This document shows positions 27,288 through 34,804 of a stretch of DNA of 64,000 nt, piece after piece. The notes below the pieces were generated by a model. That model ran no database searches. It saw only the letters and a program-made list of their open reading frames with translations, and had not been told where the DNA came from. Position 1 is the first letter of the stretch. Every line of letters begins with the position of its first letter. The DNA is from Nitrososphaerales archaeon (GTDB lineage: Archaea; Thermoproteota; Nitrososphaeria; Nitrososphaerales; Gagatemarchaeaceae). Both the position numbers and the translations under genes were made by a program. The stretch covers positions 1,641 to 65,640 of the forward strand of contig JBEKJM010000003.1 in the NCBI GenBank assembly GCA_050011215.1, in the 5' to 3' direction.

Positions 27288-27716
27288 TTATCTATTTGCA
27301 ATAATCTCGTAGGAGTGGGTTATCTTAGCGGTGGGAGACAGGGACGCGCCCACGCTGCAAAACTTCTCCGTGCTTTCCTTGATTGCTTCCTCGACGAAGC
27401 GCTTGTCGAGCTTCTTCCCCGACAGCACGTACTTGACGTGAATCGAAACCCATGGCCTTGGGAGGCCGTACTCCGGGCGTTCGCCTGACAACAGAATCCT
27501 AAGAGACGTCAGCGCCTGTTTTCTCTTCTTCAGGATTGCGACGATGTCCATCCCCGTACACGCCCCGAGAGCCGTCAGGACAGCCCTCATCGGCCCTATT
27601 CCCTTCATCACCCCGTCGTTGGAGTCATAGACGACCGTGTGGCCTGAGGTGTCGGAACCGAGGAAAACGTTCTCCCCCGACCAGGAGACCTCGGCCAGCC
27701 AGTTCTCCTTACTCAA
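27288..27716 (-). CDS. osmC: OsmC/Ohr-family peroxiredoxin-like protein
   Basis: GPMRAVLTALGACTGMDIV and EKFCSVGASL carry the two conserved Cys of OsmC. Its last 5 codons are supplied by the integrated element. Confidence 0.85.
   Translation of the reverse strand: MSKENWLAEVSWSGENVFLGSDTSGHTVVYDSNDGVMKGIGPMRAVLTALGACTGMDIVAILKKRKQALTSLRILLSGERPEYGLPRPWVSIHVKYVLSGKKLDKRFVEEAIKESTEKFCSVGASLSPTAKITHSYEIIANR
27304..27316 (+). repeat. att core, right copy (inside current osmC 3' end)
   Basis: ATCTCGTAGGAGT covers the osmC codons ..S Y E I.. The tail 27288-27303 (..IANR*) lies on the element side. Confidence 0.7.
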
Positions 27717-28437
27717 CCTCGACCACCAATGGCCTCGACTTTGAGGACACCGAGCCCTTCTCTATGAAGCTCCTGCGACCCCAGCTCGCATCGGCGCTCC
27801 CGACCAACCTGTGCTTGCCCCTGCCAAGCGCCGAGGCTGAGAATCTAAGCGTCTTCTCCACATCGAACATCTCTGACTTCGCGTCCTCCACGCTTCGGGG
27901 TATCTTTGGGGGCCCGCCGTCTTCTGGGACGACCATGGCCCAGATTCTGTAGGGGAGGTCCGGGTCCCTGCTCCAGAAGAGGCTGGCCTTCCTCACCTCT
28001 CTCCTGATCACGACGAGCTTCCGTGTGAGCAGGCCTCGCTGGACCCCCAGCGACATCCTCAACGTCAGCCTCACCGATTTGTCGAAATCCTCCCAGGCCA
28101 TCGTCCAGACCTCCGGCTGGAAAGCCTCTCTGAGTCCGCCCACGACCCGGAACTCAAGATTGGCAGTCACAGTGTCATTAGGAGAATACGATTTCTTGTC
28201 TGTGATCAGTTTGACCCCGTTAAGCTTGGTCTGCCTCCAGGAGTATTCGCCCCTCCTGTTCTTTAGCGGCAACGCGGTTCGGTCGCGGTCTGCTCTGGTT
28301 AAAAGCTTGATAGTTCCGTGTCTCGAACAGCTGTTCTGCCTGCGATGGCGTTCTCCATTCGTTTCTCTTCCAGGGGCATGCGCGATGCTGTCATTCTTTG
28401 GACATTGCATGGTCAATAAGCCAGAAGTTCGAGGCAA
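27709..28437 (-). CDS. hypothetical protein
   Basis: 242-aa ORF ending 8 nt inside the osmC start (operon-like). No motif recognised. The Arg-rich N-terminal part may be untranslated, with a possible start at MQCPK. Confidence 0.4.
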   Translation of the reverse strand: MPRTSGLLTMQCPKNDSIAHAPGRETNGERHRRQNSCSRHGTIKLLTRADRDRTALPLKNRRGEYSWRQTKLNGVKLITDKKSYSPNDTVTANLEFRVVGGLREAFQPEVWTMAWEDFDKSVRLTLRMSLGVQRGLLTRKLVVIRREVRKASLFWSRDPDLPYRIWAMVVPEDGGPPKIPRSVEDAKSEMFDVEKTLRFSASALGRGKHRLVGSADASWGRRSFIEKGSVSSKSRPLVVEVE

Positions 28438-28606
28438 ATTCCCTTTGGAAAGGCCAAAATCCCTTGTAAGGCCTGTCCCGCCTGTGCAACGAGTGGAAAG
28501 GAGCGATCATGGTCGTCGACTTCAATTCGGAATTGTGGATTGGGAATCGGCACAGCTTAAATCAGAACTCTACGTGCGACGTCGCGGGGACTGTAGGGGG
28601 ACCTAG

Positions 28607-29749
28607 ATGACGATAGTCAAGTCGGAGCCTGCCAACGTGAATGCCAGGACGGCCCAGCTTGTGAAGCTCCTTACGGAGGTCGGACCCGATGTCCCGGAGA
28701 TTTCTCGGAGGCTGGGGCAGTTCAAGGAATCGGTGAGATACCGTTACAAGGAGAAGATTCTGAACAAGGGTTTCGCGGTCCAGGGTAAGGCGGACCATGA
28801 GAAACTCGGCCTTCGCAGGGTCATAGTGGTGCTCGATTTCGCCGATGCCTACAGGAAGTTCGCCCAGTCGATCCTGGCGTCGATGAACGAGCTCTGCTAC
28901 CTCGTCAGCTTCGCTAAGACAATGCCAAGGGGATACTACATCGCTAGCTTCAGCGCACCACGCGAGTTCGTCAACCAACTGAAGTTCTTCCTCGGCGTAA
29001 TGAAGGAGAAGGGAATGTTCTCCCGTCTTGACGTTGTAGACTTCGACTGGATGAGAGTCGTGCCTATGAAGTCGGAGTTCTACGACTTCGACACAGGGAG
29101 GTGGGACTTCGACTGGACGGCCAAGGAAACCAGTGACTTCGGGTCGGCCCACTACATGCCTTCTGGCCCGGCAAAGTTCGACTACGTGGACCTGCTGATC
29201 ATCAAGGAGCTTCAGATGGACGCGAACAAGTCGCTAAAGGAGATTTCAGACAAGCTGAAGGTGAACTACAAAAAGCTCGCGTGGCACTACACCACGCACG
29301 TGGTGGCCAGGCGCCTTCTCAGCGGTTACTCGGTCAACTGGATGGGCACGAGGTACGACTATGGAATCGAGAAGGCCCTTCACCGGCAGCATCAGTACTT
29401 TGCGGTCACTCTCATGGTCCGCGGAGTCACGGAATACGAGACGATGTCTTTGAGACAGGCCGTCGACAGGCTTCCGTTCCTCTGGTCCGAGGCGGTCGGG
29501 ACCAACTACTTCTGCGAGTTCGCCTTTCCAGTCGATTTCGTCGTCGAAGGGCTCCAGTACCTGACCGAGATGATATCGGCGGTCAAGGAGAGGGCAGAGA
29601 TCTACGCCGTTGACCAGTCAGACGCGGCATCCTTCACAATCTCCTACAGCCGGTTTGACCAAGATCTGAAGAAATGGGAATTCGACCTGAATGACCTGAT
29701 CGGTAGGTTCGAAACGCTGATTGTGGAAATAAAGAAAGAGACACACTAG
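28607..29749 (+). CDS. duplicated Lrp/AsnC-like HTH protein
   Basis: Two HTH-like segments: TAQLVKLLTEVGPDVPEISRRLGQFKESVRYRY and VDLLIIKELQMDANKSLKEISDKLKVNYKKLAWHY. Each is followed by an alpha/beta segment. Confidence 0.5.
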   Translation: MTIVKSEPANVNARTAQLVKLLTEVGPDVPEISRRLGQFKESVRYRYKEKILNKGFAVQGKADHEKLGLRRVIVVLDFADAYRKFAQSILASMNELCYLVSFAKTMPRGYYIASFSAPREFVNQLKFFLGVMKEKGMFSRLDVVDFDWMRVVPMKSEFYDFDTGRWDFDWTAKETSDFGSAHYMPSGPAKFDYVDLLIIKELQMDANKSLKEISDKLKVNYKKLAWHYTTHVVARRLLSGYSVNWMGTRYDYGIEKALHRQHQYFAVTLMVRGVTEYETMSLRQAVDRLPFLWSEAVGTNYFCEFAFPVDFVVEGLQYLTEMISAVKERAEIYAVDQSDAASFTISYSRFDQDLKKWEFDLNDLIGRFETLIVEIKKETH

Positions 29750-29755
29750 GCGAGC

Positions 29756-29878
29756 CTAGTGTGTTCCGTAACCGCCGATTATCTCGAGCGGGCCGAGTTT
29801 CAGGCCCAGGGACGCAAAAACAAGGCTTGCGCCAGCCAGAGCCAGCATCCCGAAGCGGATCTTCTCGTCTGTGGTCAT
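29756..29878 (-). CDS. 40-aa single-TM small protein (below track length cut-off)
   Basis: MTTDEKIRFGMLALAGASLVFASLGLKLGPLEIIGGYGTH. TATA box TTTTTAAAAG (29902-29911) is centred ~28 nt upstream of the ATG, matching the window-wide leaderless spacing. Confidence 0.4.
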   Translation of the reverse strand: MTTDEKIRFGMLALAGASLVFASLGLKLGPLEIIGGYGTH

Positions 29879-30271
29879 GTCTGAGGGGTCTCCCGGACTC
29901 CCTTTTAAAAATGAGCCTACGCATGAGCGTCGCCCATCAACCCTAAGCGTATTCCAATAGAACCGTTCAGGCGGCGCTGGCGCGACCCCGAGATACAGAT
30001 CACGCTGGAAGGTGGAGCTCCTTTCCTCACGGTTCAGAACTACCCTTTCCGGCCTATGCTTGCCTACCGTTGTCCTTCCTGCCGGACAAGGAACCCGCAC
30101 AGCCAAGAAGTAATCGAATGGGGTGTCTTCGAGTGGATGAGGCAGAACCCCCGCGCATCCTGAACAGGTCTTCGAGAACCTTCACATCAGCGATGAAGCC
30201 TATGACAAGACCCTTAGTCGGCAACATGAACTGGAATCGGAACTCGTTCTTGGTAGTCAGCATCTTCCGGT

Positions 30272-30661
30272 TCAAGCGAGAGTCATAGAACCAACGGGGC
30301 CGTTTAACAGTTCGGGCCTCTCCACGATGTCCCGAACCAAGTGTCTGTGGCATGGGTTCCCGTCCTTCTCAAAACACAGAAGAGTGATGTCTTCCTTCTC
30401 GCTTAGTTCGTTCAGGGCATGAATCGCTTCCAGACTCGCAACATCGCCCTTGATTTGACCGATGAACTCCCGCTTGAACTCGTCCCAGTCTATCTTCCCT
30501 TCCTTGAAGGCAAACAGCAGGTCTGGATTCGGAGAAAGAACCGACGCCCAATCATAGAAGGTCTCTCTCGCCACGCCTCTTGGGTAGAACCGCGTGATTA
30601 GGATTCGACAGCCGTCTTCCCTCTCGGCAGGCTGGAAGATGCTTTTCGTCCTAACTGCCAT
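30272..30661 (-). CDS. DUF488-family protein
   Basis: ILITRFYPRG..., LSPNPDLLFAFKEGKIDWDEFKREF and LLCFEKDGNPCHRHLV are typical DUF488 signatures. Confidence 0.75.
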   Translation of the reverse strand: MAVRTKSIFQPAEREDGCRILITRFYPRGVARETFYDWASVLSPNPDLLFAFKEGKIDWDEFKREFIGQIKGDVASLEAIHALNELSEKEDITLLCFEKDGNPCHRHLVRDIVERPELLNGPVGSMTLA

Positions 30662-30968
30662 TGGCTTGCGCTCCTCTCGATTTCCTGATAAGCGTTCTTC
30701 CCAATACGGTCTATGGAACGGGGGGTCTAAGACGAAACAGCTAGGGGTGAACGGCCATCAACCGACTTTTGACAGTCCGAAGGATTACCACTTTCAACCG
30801 TCAACTTGACAGAGCCGACGCGGACCCTGCAAGCCCTAAATACAAAAACGACGGCTCCCAGGCTGAAGACCACTGCCTGAGAGCTCGCAGGAGAAGCACC
30901 CGCACATCCCCGCCCGTCGGGTCCTAGACAGGATCGTTCTCGGAGGCAGCGACGGAGCGATTGAGGCT

Positions 30969-31577
30969 ATGGCGATGACGGCCGCCCTCAACGGCGCCGG
31001 CGTAGCCTTCCACACCATACTGATTGCCGGGTTCGCCTTCGCCGTGGCGGGAGGTCTGTCGATGTTCTTCAGCAGCTATCTGTCCAGCCGGTCCGAGATG
31101 GATCTGCTGCGAATCGACGTTCAGCGGGAGCGGATGGAGATTGAGACTGAGCCCGAGGAGGAGAAGGCCGAGCTCGAGGAGCTCCTGAAGAAGGAAGGGT
31201 ACGACCAGAGGGAGGTCGAGGTGATAATGGGAAGGCTGGTCAAGGACAAGGAACTGTGGCTCAGGACCCAGCTGAATCACGAGTTGCGGGTGCACATGGA
31301 GGACCTCGCGACCAACCAGTTGGTCAGACCGGGCTCCTCCGGAATCGCCTTCTTCATCCTGGCGCTGGTCGCACTTTCCCCATACGAATTCGCCTCGGGC
31401 TACCTTCCCGCCCTGCTCATCTCAGTCGTCCTCTCCCTCATCGCGCTCTTCACGCTCGCGTCGAGGCTATTCAACCCAAGCCACTTCAACCTGAGAGCGG
31501 GTCTGGAGTCTGTCGCAGTGGGCGGAGTCGCCGCCGGGTTCCTCTACGCCCTGGGTCTAGTCATCTCGTCGGCGTAA
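30969..31577 (+). CDS. VIT1/CCC1-family iron/manganese transporter (N-terminus probably extends upstream)
   Basis: SSYLSSRSE..., a Glu-rich cytosolic helix and C-terminal TMs. The conserved VLGGSDGAIE segment is encoded in frame upstream (30924-30968) of the first canonical start. Confidence 0.65.
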   Translation: MAMTAALNGAGVAFHTILIAGFAFAVAGGLSMFFSSYLSSRSEMDLLRIDVQRERMEIETEPEEEKAELEELLKKEGYDQREVEVIMGRLVKDKELWLRTQLNHELRVHMEDLATNQLVRPGSSGIAFFILALVALSPYEFASGYLPALLISVVLSLIALFTLASRLFNPSHFNLRAGLESVAVGGVAAGFLYALGLVISSA

Positions 31578-31622
31578 AGAGACTTACATTCAATAACGAG
31601 CTTCGTCCTGTCAGCTTTAGGA

Positions 31623-32327
31623 ATGTCAGAAGAGGAGACCCATCAGGAACCGATCTTCTCGCTAGGACCGAGCGCGGTGAAGGAACTGCTCGGGAGGGAG
31701 AGGCTTGCGCTCATGTTGACGGTGCTCCTCGTCGAGCTGATGATATTCTTCGTCGCGACATCGGTGCCCATGGGCACGGCCACCCAGCAGGCACTGCAGC
31801 AGGAGGCGAACAGTGTCAAAGAAGTTTCGAACGGCTTGACCCCAACAGGCGAATTGGTCTACATCTTCACCCACAACGCGGCGATTGCGTTTGGTGAGAT
31901 GGTTCCGGTAATCGGAGGCCTCCTCTGGGTCTTCTCCATTTACGTGACAGGACAGATATTCCAGGTGGTGGCTCTCTCCTATGGTGTTCCTGGAGCGCTG
32001 TACGGCCTCCTCCTCCTCGTGTTCTACCCATTCGCAATCGTAGAGCTGTCCGCATACGCGGTTGCGGTCAACTCCGGAGTGATGCTGATTGTCGCCTGGA
32101 GGCGGCGCCGACTCAGGAGCGAAACGAGGGTTTTCGCGCTGGAAGTCGGAATCGTCGCCGCTTTGCTCCTAGTGGCGGCCTCAATGGAGACCATCACCCT
32201 CCTGAATCAGGACGTGGGCATCGCCCTCTGGATTCCGACCGGCCTCACAATCGCGGCTCTGGCTCTAGTCTCCCACAGGGTCCAGTCCAAGCCTTACTTG
32301 GGACCGACCCGGGAGACAGCAAGCTAA
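31623..32327 (+). CDS. SpoIIM/DUF95-like integral membrane protein
   Basis: 6-TM protein. IFTHNAAIAFGEMVPVIGGLLWVFSIYVTG resembles the stage II sporulation protein M family core. Confidence 0.5.
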   Translation: MSEEETHQEPIFSLGPSAVKELLGRERLALMLTVLLVELMIFFVATSVPMGTATQQALQQEANSVKEVSNGLTPTGELVYIFTHNAAIAFGEMVPVIGGLLWVFSIYVTGQIFQVVALSYGVPGALYGLLLLVFYPFAIVELSAYAVAVNSGVMLIVAWRRRRLRSETRVFALEVGIVAALLLVAASMETITLLNQDVGIALWIPTGLTIAALALVSHRVQSKPYLGPTRETAS

Positions 32328-33754
32328 CTCCTTTGGATCTTTCCGGCCATCTTGAGGAGATCTGAACCTCTTCTTGTTAGCTCATAGAAGACTCGCTCCC
32401 TACCCCTCGCTGTCACGACTCCTGACCTCCTCACCAGGGCGAGTCCCTCAAGCTCGCCAAGGTGCTGGTAGACGCTTGCAGTGGTGATCGTCCTTCCCGC
32501 TGAAAGCTCCTTCCAGAGCTCGTATCCGAAACGTGGCCTGCTTGTCAACGAGCGGAGCAGTTTCAGCTTGGTCTCCCCGATTTGCACCCGCGCGACGGGG
32601 TAGTCTTCCTTCACGACCACCTGTTTAGTCGCCTTGGCAATCCTGGAAATCGCTTTCGTATCCTTAAGCCCCGCACCAGTAATCACGCAGACTATCACCT
32701 CGTCGGCGTCGATCAGCCCTTGCGACTTTGCCGTCTGCAGTGCCGCCACGACCGAAGCGGCTGCAGGCTCTGCAAAGATGCCCTCGGTCCCAGCAAGAAG
32801 ACCCGTTGCGTCGATTGTCCCCTTCGCGGTTGTCTCGACCCATTGCCCCCCAGACTCCTGCATCGCCCTCATCGCCTCGCTTCTGAGAATGGGCTCGGAT
32901 TCCTCCAGCTCGGTGAAAAGCCCTTCGGCTTGCTCTGTGTAGTTCGTCCGACGCGGACCCCCAGAGGTAGGCGCAACCCCCGAGAACTGCACCCCTACGA
33001 GCCTGCAACTCGATCTGTCTATCAGCCCAGAATCCTTCAGCTGCCGGACAGCCCTCCAGAACATGCTGAGATGCCCTCCTGTGCCGACGGGGACGAGTAT
33101 CACATCTGGCGTCTTCCATCCCAGGTCCTGAACGATCTCGAAGCACGTCGTCTTCTCTCCTTCCAAGACGTACGGGTTCCCTGCGGTCACGGAGATAGAG
33201 CGGTCGTTGGACCCGCCTTTCCTCGCGGGCGTTGAGGATGTTTCGATGCGCGCACCGTAGGCGATCATCTGGTATAGCTTGCCCCGGTCAGTGTTTGGGC
33301 GTATCCTGATCTCGGCACCGATGCCCGCCTTCGCGCAGTAGGCTGCGAGCGAAGCGCCCAAGTTACCCGTGGTCACACAGGAACAGGTCTTGACGCCCCT
33401 CTCCTTTGCCAGGCTCACCAAGACCGTCGAGCCGCGGTCCATGAAGGACCCCGTAGGGTTCCTACTTTCGTCCTTGACCAGAAGATGGCCGAACCCCAGC
33501 TCCGACCCGAGCCTCGTCGCCCGCATCAGAGGAGTGCCGCCTTCGCCTAGGCTGACGACATCCTCAGTTGCTGTCTTCGGCAGGAGGGCCCGGTACCTCC
33601 AGACCCCAGGAGGGAGCCTCTCTAGGTCCTCCCTGTCGACAGAAGGCTTCTCTCTCCCGGTGAAGATGACCGCCGAACCACAAGCATCACAAGCCGCATC
33701 GAGCGAATTGGTCTCGAAGGTTTGAGAACAACTCACACATTCAAAGAGTGCCAT
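32324..33754 (-). CDS. threonine-synthase-like PLP fold-II domain (Lys->Met at PLP site) fused to C-terminal PadR-like wHTH
   Basis: N-terminal Zn ribbon CVSCS..CDACG, then VKDESRNPTGSFMDRG (canonical ..SFKDRG), TTGNLGASLAAYCAKAG and PVGTGGH. C-terminal LKLLRSLTSRPRFGYELWKEL...VYQHLGELEGLALV...RVFYELTRRG. Confidence 0.8.
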   Translation of the reverse strand: MALFECVSCSQTFETNSLDAACDACGSAVIFTGREKPSVDREDLERLPPGVWRYRALLPKTATEDVVSLGEGGTPLMRATRLGSELGFGHLLVKDESRNPTGSFMDRGSTVLVSLAKERGVKTCSCVTTGNLGASLAAYCAKAGIGAEIRIRPNTDRGKLYQMIAYGARIETSSTPARKGGSNDRSISVTAGNPYVLEGEKTTCFEIVQDLGWKTPDVILVPVGTGGHLSMFWRAVRQLKDSGLIDRSSCRLVGVQFSGVAPTSGGPRRTNYTEQAEGLFTELEESEPILRSEAMRAMQESGGQWVETTAKGTIDATGLLAGTEGIFAEPAAASVVAALQTAKSQGLIDADEVIVCVITGAGLKDTKAISRIAKATKQVVVKEDYPVARVQIGETKLKLLRSLTSRPRFGYELWKELSAGRTITTASVYQHLGELEGLALVRRSGVVTARGRERVFYELTRRGSDLLKMAGKIQRS

Positions 33755-33797
33755 CAGCTGGGATGACGGCGGCTGAGACCAATATATAGGTTGGAGC

Positions 33798-33982
33798 TTA
33801 TATATCCAAGGCAGTTGCCGCGGCCTCGAACCACATCATGATGCGGAACGCCCCTGAGCGGAAGTCCGCATGACCGCAAGAACAGCAATCCTGGAGCTGA
33901 AGAGAACAGACAACTGGGCTGTCGCCAACGCAGCCGCCTTCGATGCGTTGCTAAGGGGACGATCCTGTCGAAGAGTGAACAA
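33798..33982 (+). promoter_or_regulatory. promoter plus ~155-nt structured 5' leader of the ECF-S gene
   Basis: TATA TTATATAT (33798-33805) predicts a TSS near 33828. Hairpins at 33841-33871 (7-bp stem) and 33926-33950 (7-bp stem). A 38-codon uORF (33870-33986) overlaps the downstream ATG as ATGA. Confidence 0.35.
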
Positions 33983-34804
33983 ATGAGCTCAGAGAAGAAA
34001 AGAATCAATAATGGGACGATAGCCGCGACGGCTGTCTTTACTGCTTTCGTAGCCGCAGCAACCTCGGTTTTCTCAGTCTACATTCCTGCTACGACCGGAT
34101 ACTTCAACGTCGGCGAAATCATGGTGTACACATCAGCCCTGCTCATGGGCCCTTATGTCGGAGCCTTCGCCGGAGGAGTCGGATCAATGCTCTCTGACCT
34201 TTCGCTCGGCTACCCCTACTATGCTCCTGGAACGCTTCTGGTAAAGGGCCTTGAAGGATTCATAGTCGGCTATCTGGCAACCAAGACCTTCGCAAAGGTC
34301 ACGAAGGCGGTCTGGAGAGGCGTTGCTCTGACTTCAGGGCTGCTCTTCGCTTTTGCCCTTTCCTATGTGGGAACCACTTTTCTTTCGGGTAACTTCCCAC
34401 TTACACTCGGCGGGGTGTGGGACTTACCGGCATACACTGTCAACTTCCAAGTGCCCGCTCTCTGGTGGATTGCGCTAGCGGCTCTCTCATTCGTCGTCAT
34501 ACTTTTCGTTGGGCTGAAGATCGAAACAAGGTCGGGTCTAATCGTCCTGTCCGTTCTTGCCGGTGGGACAGAGATGGTCGCTGGGTACTACCTTTACGAA
34601 TCCTTCGTCATGCACCTCATCGCACCTGCTTCGGTGGTCGCCACTCTAGCCCCGGCAGCCGAAGTTCCAGTCAACGTAGCACAGATGCTGATTGGATTGC
34701 TCGTTTCAGTTCCCCTAACTAGGAGCATCAAGAAGATGATTGCGAGGTCGTTTACGACTGCGGGAGCTGGCGCGAAATCGCTGGGAGCTCAGGTAACTCC
34801 TTGA
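33983..34804 (+). CDS. ECF-transporter S-component-like membrane protein (substrate unknown)
   Basis: 6-7 TM protein. GEIMVYTSALLMGPYVGAFAGGVGSMLSDLSLGYPYYAPGTLLVKGLEGFIVGYL resembles the ECF S-component core. Confidence 0.55.
   Translation: MSSEKKRINNGTIAATAVFTAFVAAATSVFSVYIPATTGYFNVGEIMVYTSALLMGPYVGAFAGGVGSMLSDLSLGYPYYAPGTLLVKGLEGFIVGYLATKTFAKVTKAVWRGVALTSGLLFAFALSYVGTTFLSGNFPLTLGGVWDLPAYTVNFQVPALWWIALAALSFVVILFVGLKIETRSGLIVLSVLAGGTEMVAGYYLYESFVMHLIAPASVVATLAPAAEVPVNVAQMLIGLLVSVPLTRSIKKMIARSFTTAGAGAKSLGAQVTP

Larger units (their letters stand above)
21369..27316. mobile_element. integrated plasmid-like element (~5.9 kb) inserted into the 3' end of osmC
   Basis: Bounded by the perfect 13-bp direct repeat ATCTCGTAGGAGT. 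Contains 2 tyrosine recombinases, a D5/P4-type SF3 helicase, a P-loop ATPase and RHH and wHTH proteins. GC is lower than the left flank; no capsid-like genes recognised. Confidence 0.75.

Noticed and set aside
21391-27298. Terminal inverted repeats CAAGATAGATAAC / GTTATCTATTTG as transposon-like ends of the integrated element.
   Set aside because: Only 9 contiguous bp match, and the right copy is partly the osmC stop region. The direct 13-bp att duplication explains the insertion better, so the repeats are mentioned only as possible arm sites.
20000-28000. Chimeric assembly joining a high-GC and a lower-GC genome at the mobile element.
   Set aside because: The left junction preserves an in-frame alternative 3' tail of osmC next to the MDR gene. 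That argues for a genuine ancestral osmC/MDR adjacency. It still deserves a coverage check.
33755-33982. TPP riboswitch upstream of the ECF S-component gene; a CUGAGA box is present at 33773-33778.
   Set aside because: The CUGAGA lies upstream of the predicted promoter/TSS. The partner motifs (GGGG..ACCUGAUCUGGAUAAUGCC..) are absent on either strand. The leader is reported as an unclassified structure instead.
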